From a virus, in the IMG/VR virus record IMGVR_UViG_3300050821_002231, positions 38,897 to 102,896 of that record: a stretch of DNA of 64,000 bases; one strand, 5' to 3'. Each line of letters starts with the position of its first letter. Positions within the stretch are counted from its first letter, which is position 1. The translations under genes were made by a program, and so were the position numbers. Under the pieces are notes generated by a model that did no database searches, was not told where the DNA came from, and saw only the letters and a list, made by a program, of their open reading frames with translations. Positions 29,327-40,536 of the stretch are shown here, in pieces.

Positions 29327-30200
29327 ATGGAAGGACGTAGGAATTGGCGGTCTGCTGTGCCTTTTGGTGCTCAGGGAAGTATTCAATTTCCTGAAGACGC
29401 GGGGCATGGAAAAAAGCCGCGACCAGCAGGACAAGGACAACCGGGATTCACGAGCTGCATTGCGGGAAGAGATTAGAGTCTTGCTTTCCCAAGTAATGAA
29501 CGACTCTCTGAAATCCACGCTTGACCAACAAATTAGGGCGACCGAGGCCATGAGAGATCAGTTGAAAGTTACGGCTGACGGGATTCTGAAGTTGATCACG
29601 ATTTACGAAGTACAGAGAAAGAACCGGGATTGATTCAGGAGGTTTCAATGAAGGCACGGCAAGGCAAGCAGGTAAAGAACACGGTCATGACGGCGAAGTG
29701 CAAACTAACGCGCGAGGAGTGCAGAGATCCAGCTTGTCCGGTTCACGGCGAACCGGAGAATGATAACGACAAGGATGACGAACTTACTTCGTCGGCGCAG
29801 AAGGCTGAGCCTGGATCGATGTGCGGTAGCGAGCACTGGATAGATGGCGCTGATGAGTTTGTAAAAAACATGATCTGCGGTCGCCCACGGGAAGAGCATA
29901 CGATAGATGCGGCAACGAATAAGGTGGGGATGGATCACGAGTTCGTACCGCTGGCCGCATTGCCGGAAATCGGCGCAACGAACGAGCTGCCCTTGCATGT
30001 GGTGGGCGTCTTGCGAGACGCGCACGATTTAATTCAGCACATTCAGCATCACAATGAGTTTACGAAGGGCTTGCTGAAGCGTATGGAAGACATTCTTGAT
30101 CCGCCCAAAGAGTTGATGACGATGGAAGAAGCGAAAGCACGGCTCGGCTTGGCAGGTTAAATAATCCAGCGGCGCCACGCGCCAGACAGAGGTAAACATT

Positions 30201-30815
30201 ATGGGAGCACCTCGAATTCTTGCATCAGTGGGCACATCACCCGTCGCTGTAACCGCAGGTGGCGCCGGTTATGCCGTGTCGATTACTCAGCCCGGCCCGA
30301 CATTTACGGCGTTCAAAGTCTATGATCAAAATCAAAATCAGATCGGCGGACCAATTGTTGGGAACAACGGCAGTTATATCTGGACCGCTCCAGGAGGGCA
30401 GGCATTCGTTGCGGGGCAGGTCGTCGGCTACGTGGCAGTGTTCTCTGGCACGGCGACATTCTTGGTTAGCGATACGAGTCCAGTTCCGTATCCGCAGCCG
30501 ATATCCGGACAAGCCTTTCCAAACGCCGGAGCCATTACACTGAAGACCGGGCGCGCACTGTTGACTGGCGCAACAGCGACCGCTTACACGTTGGCATTGC
30601 CGACGCCAGGGGCGGACGATTTCAAGGAGTTGACTGTCGTAAACCACACAGGGCAGGCGCACACGGTAACTACTCCTGCGCTGGGCATTAACGGTACTTC
30701 CGATACGATCACTTTTGCTACAACGGTCGGATCAACTGCGGTACTCGTGCCCTATCAAGGCCAATGGGATTTGAGAATGGCGACGGGCAACGGCCTGACT
30801 TTGAGCGAAGTGTAA
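30201..30815 (+). CDS. Putative virion/decoration protein
   Basis: Gly/Thr-rich beta-type sequence in the head module. Confidence 0.4.
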   Translation: MGAPRILASVGTSPVAVTAGGAGYAVSITQPGPTFTAFKVYDQNQNQIGGPIVGNNGSYIWTAPGGQAFVAGQVVGYVAVFSGTATFLVSDTSPVPYPQPISGQAFPNAGAITLKTGRALLTGATATAYTLALPTPGADDFKELTVVNHTGQAHTVTTPALGINGTSDTITFATTVGSTAVLVPYQGQWDLRMATGNGLTLSEV

Positions 30816-31234
30816 GAACGGTAGGGCATGGGAATCACGAACGGCACTCACGGGGAGCAACTTTCCTCTGCGAAAGTATTGCAAGCGCAACTTGCGGCGG
30901 CGAACGAAACGCTGCGAAGATTGACGGCAGTTCTTGCTGCGGTGCTGATAGATCAACATCGCGGCAGGCTGCTGGTCGATAGCGTAAGCGTGGATGCAAT
31001 GTACGGAGACCCAGAGCAAGACAACGGCTTCATGGTGGACGTGCAAACGATCCACGCGCTTAGCAAGCACCGTTTGCAGGTTGTACAGCCGAACGGCTCG
31101 ACATATGTGCCAGTTCCGGTTGTTACAGTGGTACAAGCAGAGACGGTCTCACTGATTTGCGAGGAAGCAAGTCACAAGCGGGGTAACGGGTTGCGTTGCG
31201 AGGAGTGCGGCAAACTGCTAGAGAAGAGGGCTTG

Positions 31235-33124
31235 ATGGATACCGAGAAGGCAGTCCAATATCTCGTGAAAGAGCCAGACGGCAAGGGCCGATTGCCGTAC
31301 ACGAAAGAAGATGGCAAGCCCGACCATACTCTTCTAGGCGCGGCTTGGGCTGCACTACACGGCGGCTATCGTGGCAATAAGTACGAAGGACCAGACAAAG
31401 CGAAGGCGCTGGCGAAGTTGAAGAAGATTTACAAGGAGGAGAAGATGGAGTTGCCTTCGGACAAAGCCGCAGCGGCGCTGGGCCACTTAATGACTCTAAA
31501 AGGCCGCGTTGGCAAAGACGGGGAGCCTGAGAAGTGGGCCACATTCGCGATTAAGTCCTGCTACGAAGCGCCTGCAGAAGATCCAGAGCCCGGTTTGTTT
31601 GTTGAGGGTATCCTCGCAGCCGAGGAGCCGGACTTTGAAGGCGAGATTATGGACTTCGTCTCCTCAAAGCCGAATTTTCAAAAGTGGAACAAGAACTTCT
31701 CGGACATGACGGGAGGGAAGTCAGTCGGTAATTTGCGGGGTCAGCACAATCCGAAGATCGCGGCTGGCAAGTTCGTCACGATGGAGTATGACGACGACAA
31801 GAAAGCCATCCCGGTTCTGGCGAAGGTCGTTGATCCAGTCGAAGCGGACAAAGTGCGGCAAGGCGTCTACACGTCGTTCTCGATCGGCGCACACTATGCG
31901 CGTAAGTGGCGCGATCCTGGCGGGAAGTACATGCGCTGGACTGCCGACCCGTTTGAAGGTTCAATTGTGGACTTCGGATCAATCCCGACGACGCGCGGGT
32001 TTGTATATCGTGCAGCGGATGGTCACGAAGAGCAACGTGAATTTGACGGTGGGCGCCGGCAATTGCGAAAAGCATTTGAAGCCTATGGCAGGCCGCTTAG
32101 CATTGAAGAAGAGGACCGCGTTGTAAAGGCCATTACAGGAATGGGCGCGGCGCAAAAGGGCCTCTACACAATTTCCGGATTCGCGCAACTCGTGCAAGAG
32201 TTGATCTACATGCGCGATTCCATCACCTTCGAGAAAGAGATGGAAGGCGATGCATCTCCGGTCACAGAGCGAGTGGCCGAAGCAACGAACGAGCTTTTGG
32301 AATGCCTGGCGGCCTACACGCAAGAACAGGTCAGCGAGGAAATCGGCAAGACGAAGGAGAAAACCGTGGAACTCAAGGACTTGGTAAAAGATATTCCAGC
32401 AAACAAGACCGCAACAGCAGCCGATCCCGCTGATAGCAAGCCAACCCCCGACGCAATCAAGACGGCTCTCGATAGCGTTAACGAAGGACTGAAAGTATTG
32501 AAGGCCGCAGGCTACTCCTTGCAACCTGGAACGACCTCGGACCCCGGACACAGCAACCCAGTCGGCCCTTCTGGCGAGGATGGGAAGAGCGTGGCTACAG
32601 ACCCCAAGGCCAAGGGGCACGGCGAGTTGAGCAAGGAAGATTGCAAGGCGGAAGAGTGCGATGTCCACAAGAAGATGAAGGCCGCAAACGACAACGATGC
32701 CGACGACAAGTGCAAAAAGACCGCCGAAGAATGCAACGACGAGAAGTGCATGACGCACAAGGGGAAGAAATCGGCCGCAGTCAGTGCGAACGGCGATGCC
32801 CTGAAGCGTGCCGATGTGGTCAACATCGTCAACGAAACAGTCGGGCATCAATTCAACGAATTCCGGACCAGTTTCCAGAAGGATGTGGTCGGCCCACTGT
32901 CTGAGCAACTGAAGACCATTGGTGAAACGATGGTCGCTATCGGTGCGGCACCGGTGCCAACGCGTATCGCAGCGCGTCCTGGACTTCAGGTTGTGACCAA
33001 AGATGTCGAAGTAAACAAGGAAGCAGAGGACGCACAGAAGGCAATCGCAAAAGACGTAGCAGACGGCAAGGCCACGAGCGCCATTCTCAGGATTCGCGAG
33101 AACGGACATCGAGTTAGCTGGTAG
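31235..33124 (+). CDS. Prohead protease/scaffold
   Basis: PDFEGEIMD, NLRGQH, GVYTSFSIG, EGSIVD; acidic C-terminal scaffold; precedes the capsid gene. Confidence 0.75.
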   Translation: MDTEKAVQYLVKEPDGKGRLPYTKEDGKPDHTLLGAAWAALHGGYRGNKYEGPDKAKALAKLKKIYKEEKMELPSDKAAAALGHLMTLKGRVGKDGEPEKWATFAIKSCYEAPAEDPEPGLFVEGILAAEEPDFEGEIMDFVSSKPNFQKWNKNFSDMTGGKSVGNLRGQHNPKIAAGKFVTMEYDDDKKAIPVLAKVVDPVEADKVRQGVYTSFSIGAHYARKWRDPGGKYMRWTADPFEGSIVDFGSIPTTRGFVYRAADGHEEQREFDGGRRQLRKAFEAYGRPLSIEEEDRVVKAITGMGAAQKGLYTISGFAQLVQELIYMRDSITFEKEMEGDASPVTERVAEATNELLECLAAYTQEQVSEEIGKTKEKTVELKDLVKDIPANKTATAADPADSKPTPDAIKTALDSVNEGLKVLKAAGYSLQPGTTSDPGHSNPVGPSGEDGKSVATDPKAKGHGELSKEDCKAEECDVHKKMKAANDNDADDKCKKTAEECNDEKCMTHKGKKSAAVSANGDALKRADVVNIVNETVGHQFNEFRTSFQKDVVGPLSEQLKTIGETMVAIGAAPVPTRIAARPGLQVVTKDVEVNKEAEDAQKAIAKDVADGKATSAILRIRENGHRVSW

Positions 33125-33245
33125 CTGTAAGAGTTTCCGCAAGTCAGGAATGTTTCCAAGACATTTCTCCCGCACGGCACGTTGCCTGAGAGGATCTGGC
33201 CCGGATCGTTCGCTGGCGCAATTCTAAAAATCAGGAGAACACAAA

Positions 33246-34793
33246 ATGTCGTTGCCTCTAGGCATGACCGCGGAAACACTTGAGGCCCTGAAGTCCATTC
33301 GCGCACGCGGCGGAGTGGCTTACAAGGACATCACTACGGGCCTCGGCTATCAGTGGTATGATTTGCAACCGCTGGTAGATCGCACCTTCCCACAAATTAC
33401 CCCGCTGATCTCTGAAATCCCACGGCTGGCTGGAGACGGCGGCAGTTCGACGAATTGGAAAGAAATCTATGCCATCAACGCTGGCAACCTATCGCCGGGC
33501 GTTTCTGAGCGCAATCGCAACGCAACGGTGCAGACTCAACTGCGAAACCACTTCGCGCCATATGCAGAACTCGGATACGAAGACTTCGTAACATGGAAGT
33601 CGGAACTCGAAGCCGGAAAATTGACGCCAGAAGTGAAGGCGGTTGCGGTCGAGGATTTGTTCTATGCCTCGCGGCAGGCCGAAGAGAAAGTTGTCTTGTG
33701 GGGTAACACCGGCTTGGTAAGCGGCGGGAATGGCGTCACGTTCGGCACAGCTCCCACGCCAGTTGCGGCTCTTGTGGCTGGCGGATCGTTGACAGCACAG
33801 TCAACCTCGCTGTGGGTTGCGGCTCTAACCCCAGAGGGGTACTTCAACTCGACTGTGGCTGGCGGCGTCCCAACCTCGATCACGCGAAACAACGTGGGCG
33901 GCTCGACCGACACCTACGGCGGTGGCAGTTCGCAAATCTCCGCAGCATCAAATGCTGTCACTACGGCTGGCGGTAACTTGTCAGTCAGTGGCACGGTCGC
34001 CGTTGTGCCGGGAGCTGTGGCCTATGCATGGTTCATTGGCCTAACCTCCGGTGGCGCGGCTACTGCGCGTCTGGCGGCGATTACAACGATCAATTCGGTT
34101 GTAATCACTGCAAACCCAGCCGTTACTACGCCAACTGCTGGCTACACTGTGCTGGCCTCTGGATGCAGCGCAGACAACACAGGCAATCAGCTTGAGTTTG
34201 ACGGCATGATGACGCAGACCGTTGCGGGCTATCTGGCCGGCTCCTCGGCTGTATTCCAGTCGCAGGCAACAGGAACGCCTGGAACGGGCACCGGACTGAC
34301 CTACGACGGCGCGGGTGGCATCGTCGAGATTGAAGCGGACTTCCTGCAATTCTGGAATTCCTCGCGCCTCATTCCCGACGACATCATGGTATCGGGCCAA
34401 GAGTTGAAAAACATCACCAACAAGATTTTCGCAGGAGGCGGCGCGCCTCTCTATCGAATCAACCTGGATGGCAACGCTAACCGCGATGCCGTGCGGGCCG
34501 GCAATCTCATTCGGCAGTACCTTGGCAAGTTCGCAATGGGCGGCGGACACGAAGTCACGATCAGCCTCCATCCGAACATGCCACCGGGAACGATTCTCTA
34601 CCGGACAAGGAACCTGCCCTACCGCATCCAGAACATGCGGAACACGTTCAATATCCGCACGCTGCAAGAGTGGCGCCAGATCGATTGGCCGATTGTGCAG
34701 CGGTCTTGGGACTACGGGGTCTACGTGACCGAGACGGCGGAAATGCACGCGTCATTTTCGTTCGGCCTCCGTACAAATATTGCCAACATCTAA
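33246..34793 (+). CDS. Major capsid protein with Ala/Thr/Gly-rich inserted domain
   Basis: YDLQP...ITPLISEIPR, HPNMPPGTIL, YGVYVTE; position and strong RBS. Confidence 0.82.
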   Translation: MSLPLGMTAETLEALKSIRARGGVAYKDITTGLGYQWYDLQPLVDRTFPQITPLISEIPRLAGDGGSSTNWKEIYAINAGNLSPGVSERNRNATVQTQLRNHFAPYAELGYEDFVTWKSELEAGKLTPEVKAVAVEDLFYASRQAEEKVVLWGNTGLVSGGNGVTFGTAPTPVAALVAGGSLTAQSTSLWVAALTPEGYFNSTVAGGVPTSITRNNVGGSTDTYGGGSSQISAASNAVTTAGGNLSVSGTVAVVPGAVAYAWFIGLTSGGAATARLAAITTINSVVITANPAVTTPTAGYTVLASGCSADNTGNQLEFDGMMTQTVAGYLAGSSAVFQSQATGTPGTGTGLTYDGAGGIVEIEADFLQFWNSSRLIPDDIMVSGQELKNITNKIFAGGGAPLYRINLDGNANRDAVRAGNLIRQYLGKFAMGGGHEVTISLHPNMPPGTILYRTRNLPYRIQNMRNTFNIRTLQEWRQIDWPIVQRSWDYGVYVTETAEMHASFSFGLRTNIANI

Positions 34794-34869
34794 TAGAAAA
34801 CAAATAACTTAGTTAGATGTTGCGTGTAAATCATATGCATGTCATACTAGGGGCTGAGAGGTTCCTAGT

Positions 34870-35751
34870 ATGGCAGGCATCAAAAAACAAGCAACGTGTC
34901 ATCCCGAGAGACCGAATTGTGCTTTCGGAATGTGCCAACAGTGCTACATGCAATGGCGGAGGACGGCACCAATCGGCGAGGATGAGCCAAGGGCAACATG
35001 CCATCCTGAGCGAAGGGCATGGTCGAATGGACTATGCGAACCGTGCTATCAGAAGCAGTGGAGGGAGAATAATCCTAACCGTGAGGCGAAACTCGCGGCG
35101 CGAAGAGAGAAAGAAAAGAAACGTTATGCAGCTTGGCGCTCTCTGAATCCAGCGGAGCCAAGACCGAAAGGGATTCGCAAAGCACAAGTACACAATCAAT
35201 CACTGTGTCATCCCGATAAGCGAGAATATGCGCGGGGTTTGTGCCGTGCGTGCTACATGCGAGAACGTCGAGCGATGGCATCAGGGAACCATAAGCCGAC
35301 ATGTCATCCTGATCGGATTCATTACGCACAGGGCTTTTGTCATGCTTGCTATCAAACGCACCGGCGCAACAGTGATCCGGTAAAACTTGAGGCATCGCGT
35401 GGATATGGACGTAAACACCGCGCAGCAATTAGAAGCGATCCCGATAAACACGAGGCTCACAAGGCGCTGCAGCGCGCATCTCGTCGCGAATCGGAATTCG
35501 GCATGACCAGCGAAGAATACGAGGCAGCTCTTGTGAAACAGGAACGGCGATGCGCGATCTGTACGAATGCCTTTACCGAATACAAAGAAGGCAATCCGCC
35601 GTGCATCGACCACTGCCACGAACTCAACATCTTTCGCGGTCTGCTGTGCCGTTCGTGCAATCTGATGCTAGGTTACGCGAAGGACAACATCTCAATTCTT
35701 CAAGCCGCGATAAAGTATCTCGAAGCGTTCGCGGCGAAACAAGCAGCTTAA
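34870..35751 (+). CDS. Endonuclease VII-family homing endonuclease with four Zn-ribbon repeats
   Basis: QERRCAIC...IDHCH...RGLLCRSCNLMLG; four CHP(D/E)...GxCxxCY repeats. Confidence 0.85.
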   Translation: MAGIKKQATCHPERPNCAFGMCQQCYMQWRRTAPIGEDEPRATCHPERRAWSNGLCEPCYQKQWRENNPNREAKLAARREKEKKRYAAWRSLNPAEPRPKGIRKAQVHNQSLCHPDKREYARGLCRACYMRERRAMASGNHKPTCHPDRIHYAQGFCHACYQTHRRNSDPVKLEASRGYGRKHRAAIRSDPDKHEAHKALQRASRRESEFGMTSEEYEAALVKQERRCAICTNAFTEYKEGNPPCIDHCHELNIFRGLLCRSCNLMLGYAKDNISILQAAIKYLEAFAAKQAA

Positions 35752-36010
35752 CTTTTCTCGACAAGGGCACCTTTCTTGGATGTCGAGGAGGCCGGAACGG
35801 GCGGCAGTTGGGAGACTGTCGCCCTGAAGGTTTAACATTCCACCCGGTGGAGGGATTGGAACGGAATGCTGACGCAAGACGAAGTAGACGAGGTTGTAAT
35901 CCCGTCGATTAAAAGGAATCCAGCCCCAGCAAATCCTGAGCGCACAGAGTACTGCACCCACGTCTTTATTTGGCCCAAGGGAGCAACGGATGAACAGATA
36001 GCAATCGCTT

Positions 36011-36868
36011 TTGATCACGCCAATGCTCACTGACCTCTCGACCTACAAGCGTACCTACAGCCTGTACACAACGAATAGCGACCAGAAGTTATCGCTGCTC
36101 ATTGCGGATCAGAGCCAAGCGTTCTTGGATGAGACCGGGCGTACGACATTCGATCTAGCGACTTATACCGAGACGCGGGACGGGCTCGGGAACGACACGA
36201 TGCAGTTGTCGTATTTCCCGGTGCAGTCGTTTACTTCTTTGGTAAAGAACGGTGTCACAATTCCGCTTTCGACTGGCTGGAACAAGTGGGGCTACCAGTG
36301 GGATTCGCTGGGCAAGGTCACGCTGATTTGTGATTCGTTCAACTGCTCGAACGTGACGTTCAACCGCAAGAACGTAGTCGCCACCTACACGGCAGGTTAT
36401 CCGACACTTACAGTAACGAACGAACTGCAAACGGTTCCCAACAGTCTTCCTCCGGGGCCAGCGGGAACGATTACGACATGGCCTCCGCTGTATACGATCT
36501 TTGTCGCACTGCCGAACTGGTTGAGCGATGGCGGGGTAAGTTATTTCGGCGGAGCAGTATTGACGCCAGTAACAGCGCCTCCGACAATCGGCCAGTATTA
36601 TGTGCTTGGTGGTGGCGGGTATTTGTTCGCGGCAGCGGACGGCGGTAAGCAAGTGACGATGAACTATACGGCGTCCGGCTATCCTGTTGACCTTGTAGGT
36701 GCGGTGACGCGGATGGTCTCATTGCGCTACAAACAGCAGGATCATGAAGATCTGAAGCAAGTCAAGAGTGGCGAACAAACCACCACGTTTTCAAAGGAAG
36801 CCTACCCAGCAGACGTTGTAAGAATAATCAAAAAATACAAGAAATTTTACTTCACTCCTGGATTCTGA
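36011..36868 (+). CDS. Head-tail adaptor
   Basis: TYTETRDG, VATYTAGY, YPVDL; position after the capsid gene. Confidence 0.7.
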   Translation: MITPMLTDLSTYKRTYSLYTTNSDQKLSLLIADQSQAFLDETGRTTFDLATYTETRDGLGNDTMQLSYFPVQSFTSLVKNGVTIPLSTGWNKWGYQWDSLGKVTLICDSFNCSNVTFNRKNVVATYTAGYPTLTVTNELQTVPNSLPPGPAGTITTWPPLYTIFVALPNWLSDGGVSYFGGAVLTPVTAPPTIGQYYVLGGGGYLFAAADGGKQVTMNYTASGYPVDLVGAVTRMVSLRYKQQDHEDLKQVKSGEQTTTFSKEAYPADVVRIIKKYKKFYFTPGF

Positions 36869-36871
36869 AAC

Positions 36872-37354
36872 GTGCCCAAAGCCTTCGACTTCGTAATCAG
36901 TGGTGACATAGCAGCGCGGGCACGGATGGAAGGGGTGCCCGACCGCTTGGTTCCGTTGCTTGTGCGGAATCTGAATACAGTCCACACGCAGTTACAGCGG
37001 CACATCGTAAGCGACAAGTTAAGTGGACAGGTTCTAAAGTCGCACTCGGGCAATCTGAAGCGGAACATTTTGCAACTGCCTGCGACGGTGGAAGGCTACA
37101 AGGTTTCGGCGGGAGTAGGACTCGGAAGAAATGCGAAGTATGGACTGGCGCACGAGTTCGGAGCGCACATCCCAGAACGGACACCTGTCAACGCAAAGGC
37201 GCTTTCGTGGATTGGCGCGGACGGAGTGAGGGTATTCTTCATGCGAGCGAAAGCGTTTGATTTGCCAGAACGGAGTTTCCTGCGTAGCGGCTTCGCGGAA
37301 TTCCAGCCCAACATCGAACAGGCAGCACATGATGCCGTGCAAGAAGCACTATGA
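36872..37354 (+). CDS. Neck/virion morphogenesis protein (HK97 gp10/Mu G-like)
   Basis: SGNLKRNI, KYGLAHEFG, LPERSFLR. Confidence 0.75.
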   Translation: MPKAFDFVISGDIAARARMEGVPDRLVPLLVRNLNTVHTQLQRHIVSDKLSGQVLKSHSGNLKRNILQLPATVEGYKVSAGVGLGRNAKYGLAHEFGAHIPERTPVNAKALSWIGADGVRVFFMRAKAFDLPERSFLRSGFAEFQPNIEQAAHDAVQEAL

Positions 37355-37860
37355 CCGTTTATGTTCCGCCCGCAAGGGAAGCCATCTACGCTGCGTTGTT
37401 CGCTAAGTTTCAGCAAACCAGCATGACATGGACGAATTCGCCCTATACCCCAACTGGCCCAAAAGCATTTGTAACGACAGGTCGCGCGCTTCGATCTCAA
37501 GAGCAAATTAATGCGATTGAGAAGCCGGCAATGTTCATGTTGCAGGCAGATGAAGACTGGAAACAGAACAACAGCGGCTTGCCGTATGTTTCGGAAGCAC
37601 TGGTTGAGGTCTACATCTTCGTGGCCCAGCCAGATGACCTGATTGCTCCAGTCCCGCAGATCAATAATCTTATCGACGCGACACTCGCGACGATCGCGCC
37701 AAACTTCCCAGGCCAAAAGCAAACACTCGGAGGGCTCGTCGATAACGTCGTGCTCCGCGGGAAGGCAGAATACCGGCTCGGGTTGCAGGGCGTTATCAAT
37801 GCGTTTGCAGTCTTCCCTGTCACGATCATCATGCCAAACATTCAGCAGGGTCTCGGCTAG
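37351..37860 (+). CDS. Tail terminator
   Basis: REAIYAALF...QTLGGLV; position. Confidence 0.65.
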   Translation: MTVYVPPAREAIYAALFAKFQQTSMTWTNSPYTPTGPKAFVTTGRALRSQEQINAIEKPAMFMLQADEDWKQNNSGLPYVSEALVEVYIFVAQPDDLIAPVPQINNLIDATLATIAPNFPGQKQTLGGLVDNVVLRGKAEYRLGLQGVINAFAVFPVTIIMPNIQQGLG

Positions 37861-38144
37861 CAGATGGCTTGGGAGTCGGTGAACCATGCGAACGGTACAT
37901 GGTTCTGGTGGATGCAGGTAGGGAACAATTGGACGGCATGGGTGATCGACGATTCGTGGAAGCGCGGCGAGGGAACAAAGTATCGCGTCGCGGTTTCGCT
38001 TCGTACTGTGACATTCTTTGCAAGCCAGCGGTTGGACAATTTCCGTGCGGCGAAGTATGAGGCGATTGAGTTGCTATTGAAGTTGCAATCGAGTCCGCTG
38101 CAAGGAAGTGGGAGATTCTCGCGACATGCGTTGACGGAGGGGAA

Positions 38145-39251
38145 ATGAAGGGCGCTATCAAATTATTGCTTGCTCTGCTCGTGATTGGCGGTGCTGCGTT
38201 GGCTCAAGACGTCCAGCCAATTCAACTCACCCCGTTCAAAGAGACCGCGACCTCTCCAGCGATTACGATTTCTGGCACGCCGGTGTTTTTCGCAGACAAG
38301 AATGGATCTGTATCGGAACTATTTGAAATCCTCGTGAGCGGTGGCCCGAGCGCGCTGAGTGTGTCCATCTATGGATGCGGCAATAATTCATGCACGACAT
38401 CAACAATCGGCACCTCAAGCGGAACCGGTTCGCAACCGATTGTTACGGCTGGCGGCTACAACAGGTACGAAGTCGTATCAACGTTCAGCGGGGGTACGAG
38501 TCCAAGCGTAACGATCATCCGTTGGGGATTCTCGGGAAGCCCTTCATCAACTAGCGGAGGTGGAAGCGGCGGTACGGTAAACCAAGGTACTCCAGGTGCC
38601 AGCGCGTCCGCAGGATGGTGGAACAAACTCACCGACGGTACAAACGGCCCAGTCGCAGTCAAGCCCGCATCGACTGCGCCTCTCGCAACCGATCCATCAC
38701 TCGTTGTTACGATCTCGCCGAACTCTCCATCAGCTTCAGTTCCAACAGGAACGGCAGGATCTCCGGCAACGCAAGTGGTAAGCGTGCAGGGCGTAGCGGG
38801 AGGCACGGTGGTTCCAATCTCAGCCGCAAGTCTCCCTCTGCCTACTGGAGCGGCTACTTCGGCGAACCAAGCAACGCCAGGTACGGCCGGTTCACCGTCT
38901 GCACAAGTTCTCAGCGTGCAAGGCGTCGGATCAGGAACCGCTCTGCCAGTTAGCCTTGCGACCGCTCCCACTACGCCCACACAACCAGCAGGATTCGGAT
39001 CGGCGGTCGGTTTCCAGCAAGCGGTCACAACGTCGGCGGTTGCGCTGGCAACTAATTCGACGCACGGGTTTTGCGTGCAAGCCCTGTCAACGAATGCGCT
39101 TACTGTCTATGTGGGGCCAACGGGCATCACTACTTCGACCGGCTTTCCGCTTGGCCCAGGCCAAGGCGTCTGCTACCAACTGTCGAATACGAACGTTATT
39201 TTTGTGGTCGCCTCGTCCACAGGTTCATCCGTAGCGGTAACTGGAGCCTAA
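38145..39251 (+). CDS. Signal-peptide-bearing Ser/Thr/Gly-rich protein
   Basis: MKGAIKLLLALLVIGGAALAQ; internal repeat GTAGSPxxQVxSVQGV x2. Confidence 0.65.
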   Translation: MKGAIKLLLALLVIGGAALAQDVQPIQLTPFKETATSPAITISGTPVFFADKNGSVSELFEILVSGGPSALSVSIYGCGNNSCTTSTIGTSSGTGSQPIVTAGGYNRYEVVSTFSGGTSPSVTIIRWGFSGSPSSTSGGGSGGTVNQGTPGASASAGWWNKLTDGTNGPVAVKPASTAPLATDPSLVVTISPNSPSASVPTGTAGSPATQVVSVQGVAGGTVVPISAASLPLPTGAATSANQATPGTAGSPSAQVLSVQGVGSGTALPVSLATAPTTPTQPAGFGSAVGFQQAVTTSAVALATNSTHGFCVQALSTNALTVYVGPTGITTSTGFPLGPGQGVCYQLSNTNVIFVVASSTGSSVAVTGA

Positions 39252-39257
39252 AAGCTT

Positions 39258-40523
39258 ATGATCCTTCGACGCATTGTTCTCTTCGCTACGCTCCTGTGTT
39301 CGATCATAGCGGTTGCGCAGAACCCGCCGGTAAGCGTGTTTGGGGGACCATTCTTCTCATGCGTCAATGGTTCCTCCACTTGCGTGCCGAACAACTTCCA
39401 GATTCCAACTGGCTTCGTATTTCAAATCGGGACTGACACGGGGCTGTCTCGCGATTCGGCAGGAGTGATTGATGTCGGCAACGGAACGGCAGGAAATAAG
39501 GGTGGCACAATCAACGATACTACCGAGAATGTGAGCGGCACGGCTACTATAGGTACATTGGCAGCAACGACAATCAACGGAGCCGCACTGAATGGTACAT
39601 TCACGGGTGCTGGCACGTTAAGCGGGAATCTAGTTTTCAGTGGGCAGCCCAGCTTTACGCAGACTACAGGTACGCCACCATTTGCTGTAACCAGTACCAC
39701 GAATGTCGCCAACTTAAATGCGGCTTTGTTGAACGGGGCAACGTTTTCGGCGCCTGGCGCGATAGGCGGAGGCACTGCGTCTGCGGCTAACTTTACTACG
39801 TTGGGACTGACGGGCCTTGAGACCGTTCCAGTGGGCACGGCCACCGCACCAGATATTAGTGCGACCGGATCAGCATCAAATACAGGGTTGCTATTGACGA
39901 CTTCGGCAATGTGCTGGGATGCTGCTGCATCAATTACCGCCTGCGGTGTTACCGGAGGGTTTCAAGTCGGCGATGGTAAGTCTTTCGGCTTTTCACAAAA
40001 TACATCAGGTAACGGAGCGGCAGGAGCTAACTATGGAGTAATTGGAACAGGGGCAACGGAAGCATTAGCTCCTTCCACTGTGCTACTGCTGCCGCAGTGC
40101 AAGGTAACTTCTCCTGTGAGTATGACATCCAGCGGCACGCCCGTAACGATATGCTCGTGGACGCTTCCGAATGCCGCACAGACTTGGGCATGGCGATGTA
40201 GCGGAACTTACACAACGACAACAGCGACGGACACTTTTTCGCTTGGATACACAGCCGCGCAAGCCCCAACTGCCGCTAAAGGGAGCGCAAACATCTATTC
40301 GACGCTTACTGGCACCTCCACGCAGGGAAGCGTAAGTTCGACAACATCGACGGCGAATCAGACCATGCTGACAGGGGCTTCGGTTAGTAATGTGACCAAT
40401 GAGCAGTGGACCTCTTTCGGATGGGTCACAGCTTCAGCGACATCGGGGACATTTGTTATCACAGGAACACTTACTGGTACAACCCCTTCGGGGACAGCAG
40501 ACGCAGTATGCGAACTCTTCTAA
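39258..40523 (+). CDS. Signal-peptide-bearing Thr/Gly-rich fiber-like protein
   Basis: N-terminal signal; TDTGLSRDSAGVIDVGNG and PPFAVTSTTNVANLNA motifs. Confidence 0.6.
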   Translation: MILRRIVLFATLLCSIIAVAQNPPVSVFGGPFFSCVNGSSTCVPNNFQIPTGFVFQIGTDTGLSRDSAGVIDVGNGTAGNKGGTINDTTENVSGTATIGTLAATTINGAALNGTFTGAGTLSGNLVFSGQPSFTQTTGTPPFAVTSTTNVANLNAALLNGATFSAPGAIGGGTASAANFTTLGLTGLETVPVGTATAPDISATGSASNTGLLLTTSAMCWDAAASITACGVTGGFQVGDGKSFGFSQNTSGNGAAGANYGVIGTGATEALAPSTVLLLPQCKVTSPVSMTSSGTPVTICSWTLPNAAQTWAWRCSGTYTTTTATDTFSLGYTAAQAPTAAKGSANIYSTLTGTSTQGSVSSTTSTANQTMLTGASVSNVTNEQWTSFGWVTASATSGTFVITGTLTGTTPSGTADAVCELF

Positions 40524-40536
40524 ATCCTAACGCGAG

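Noticed and set aside
31979-33175. 398-aa minus-strand ORF and other minus-strand ORFs
   Set aside because: They are shadows of well-supported + strand genes and have no recognisable motifs
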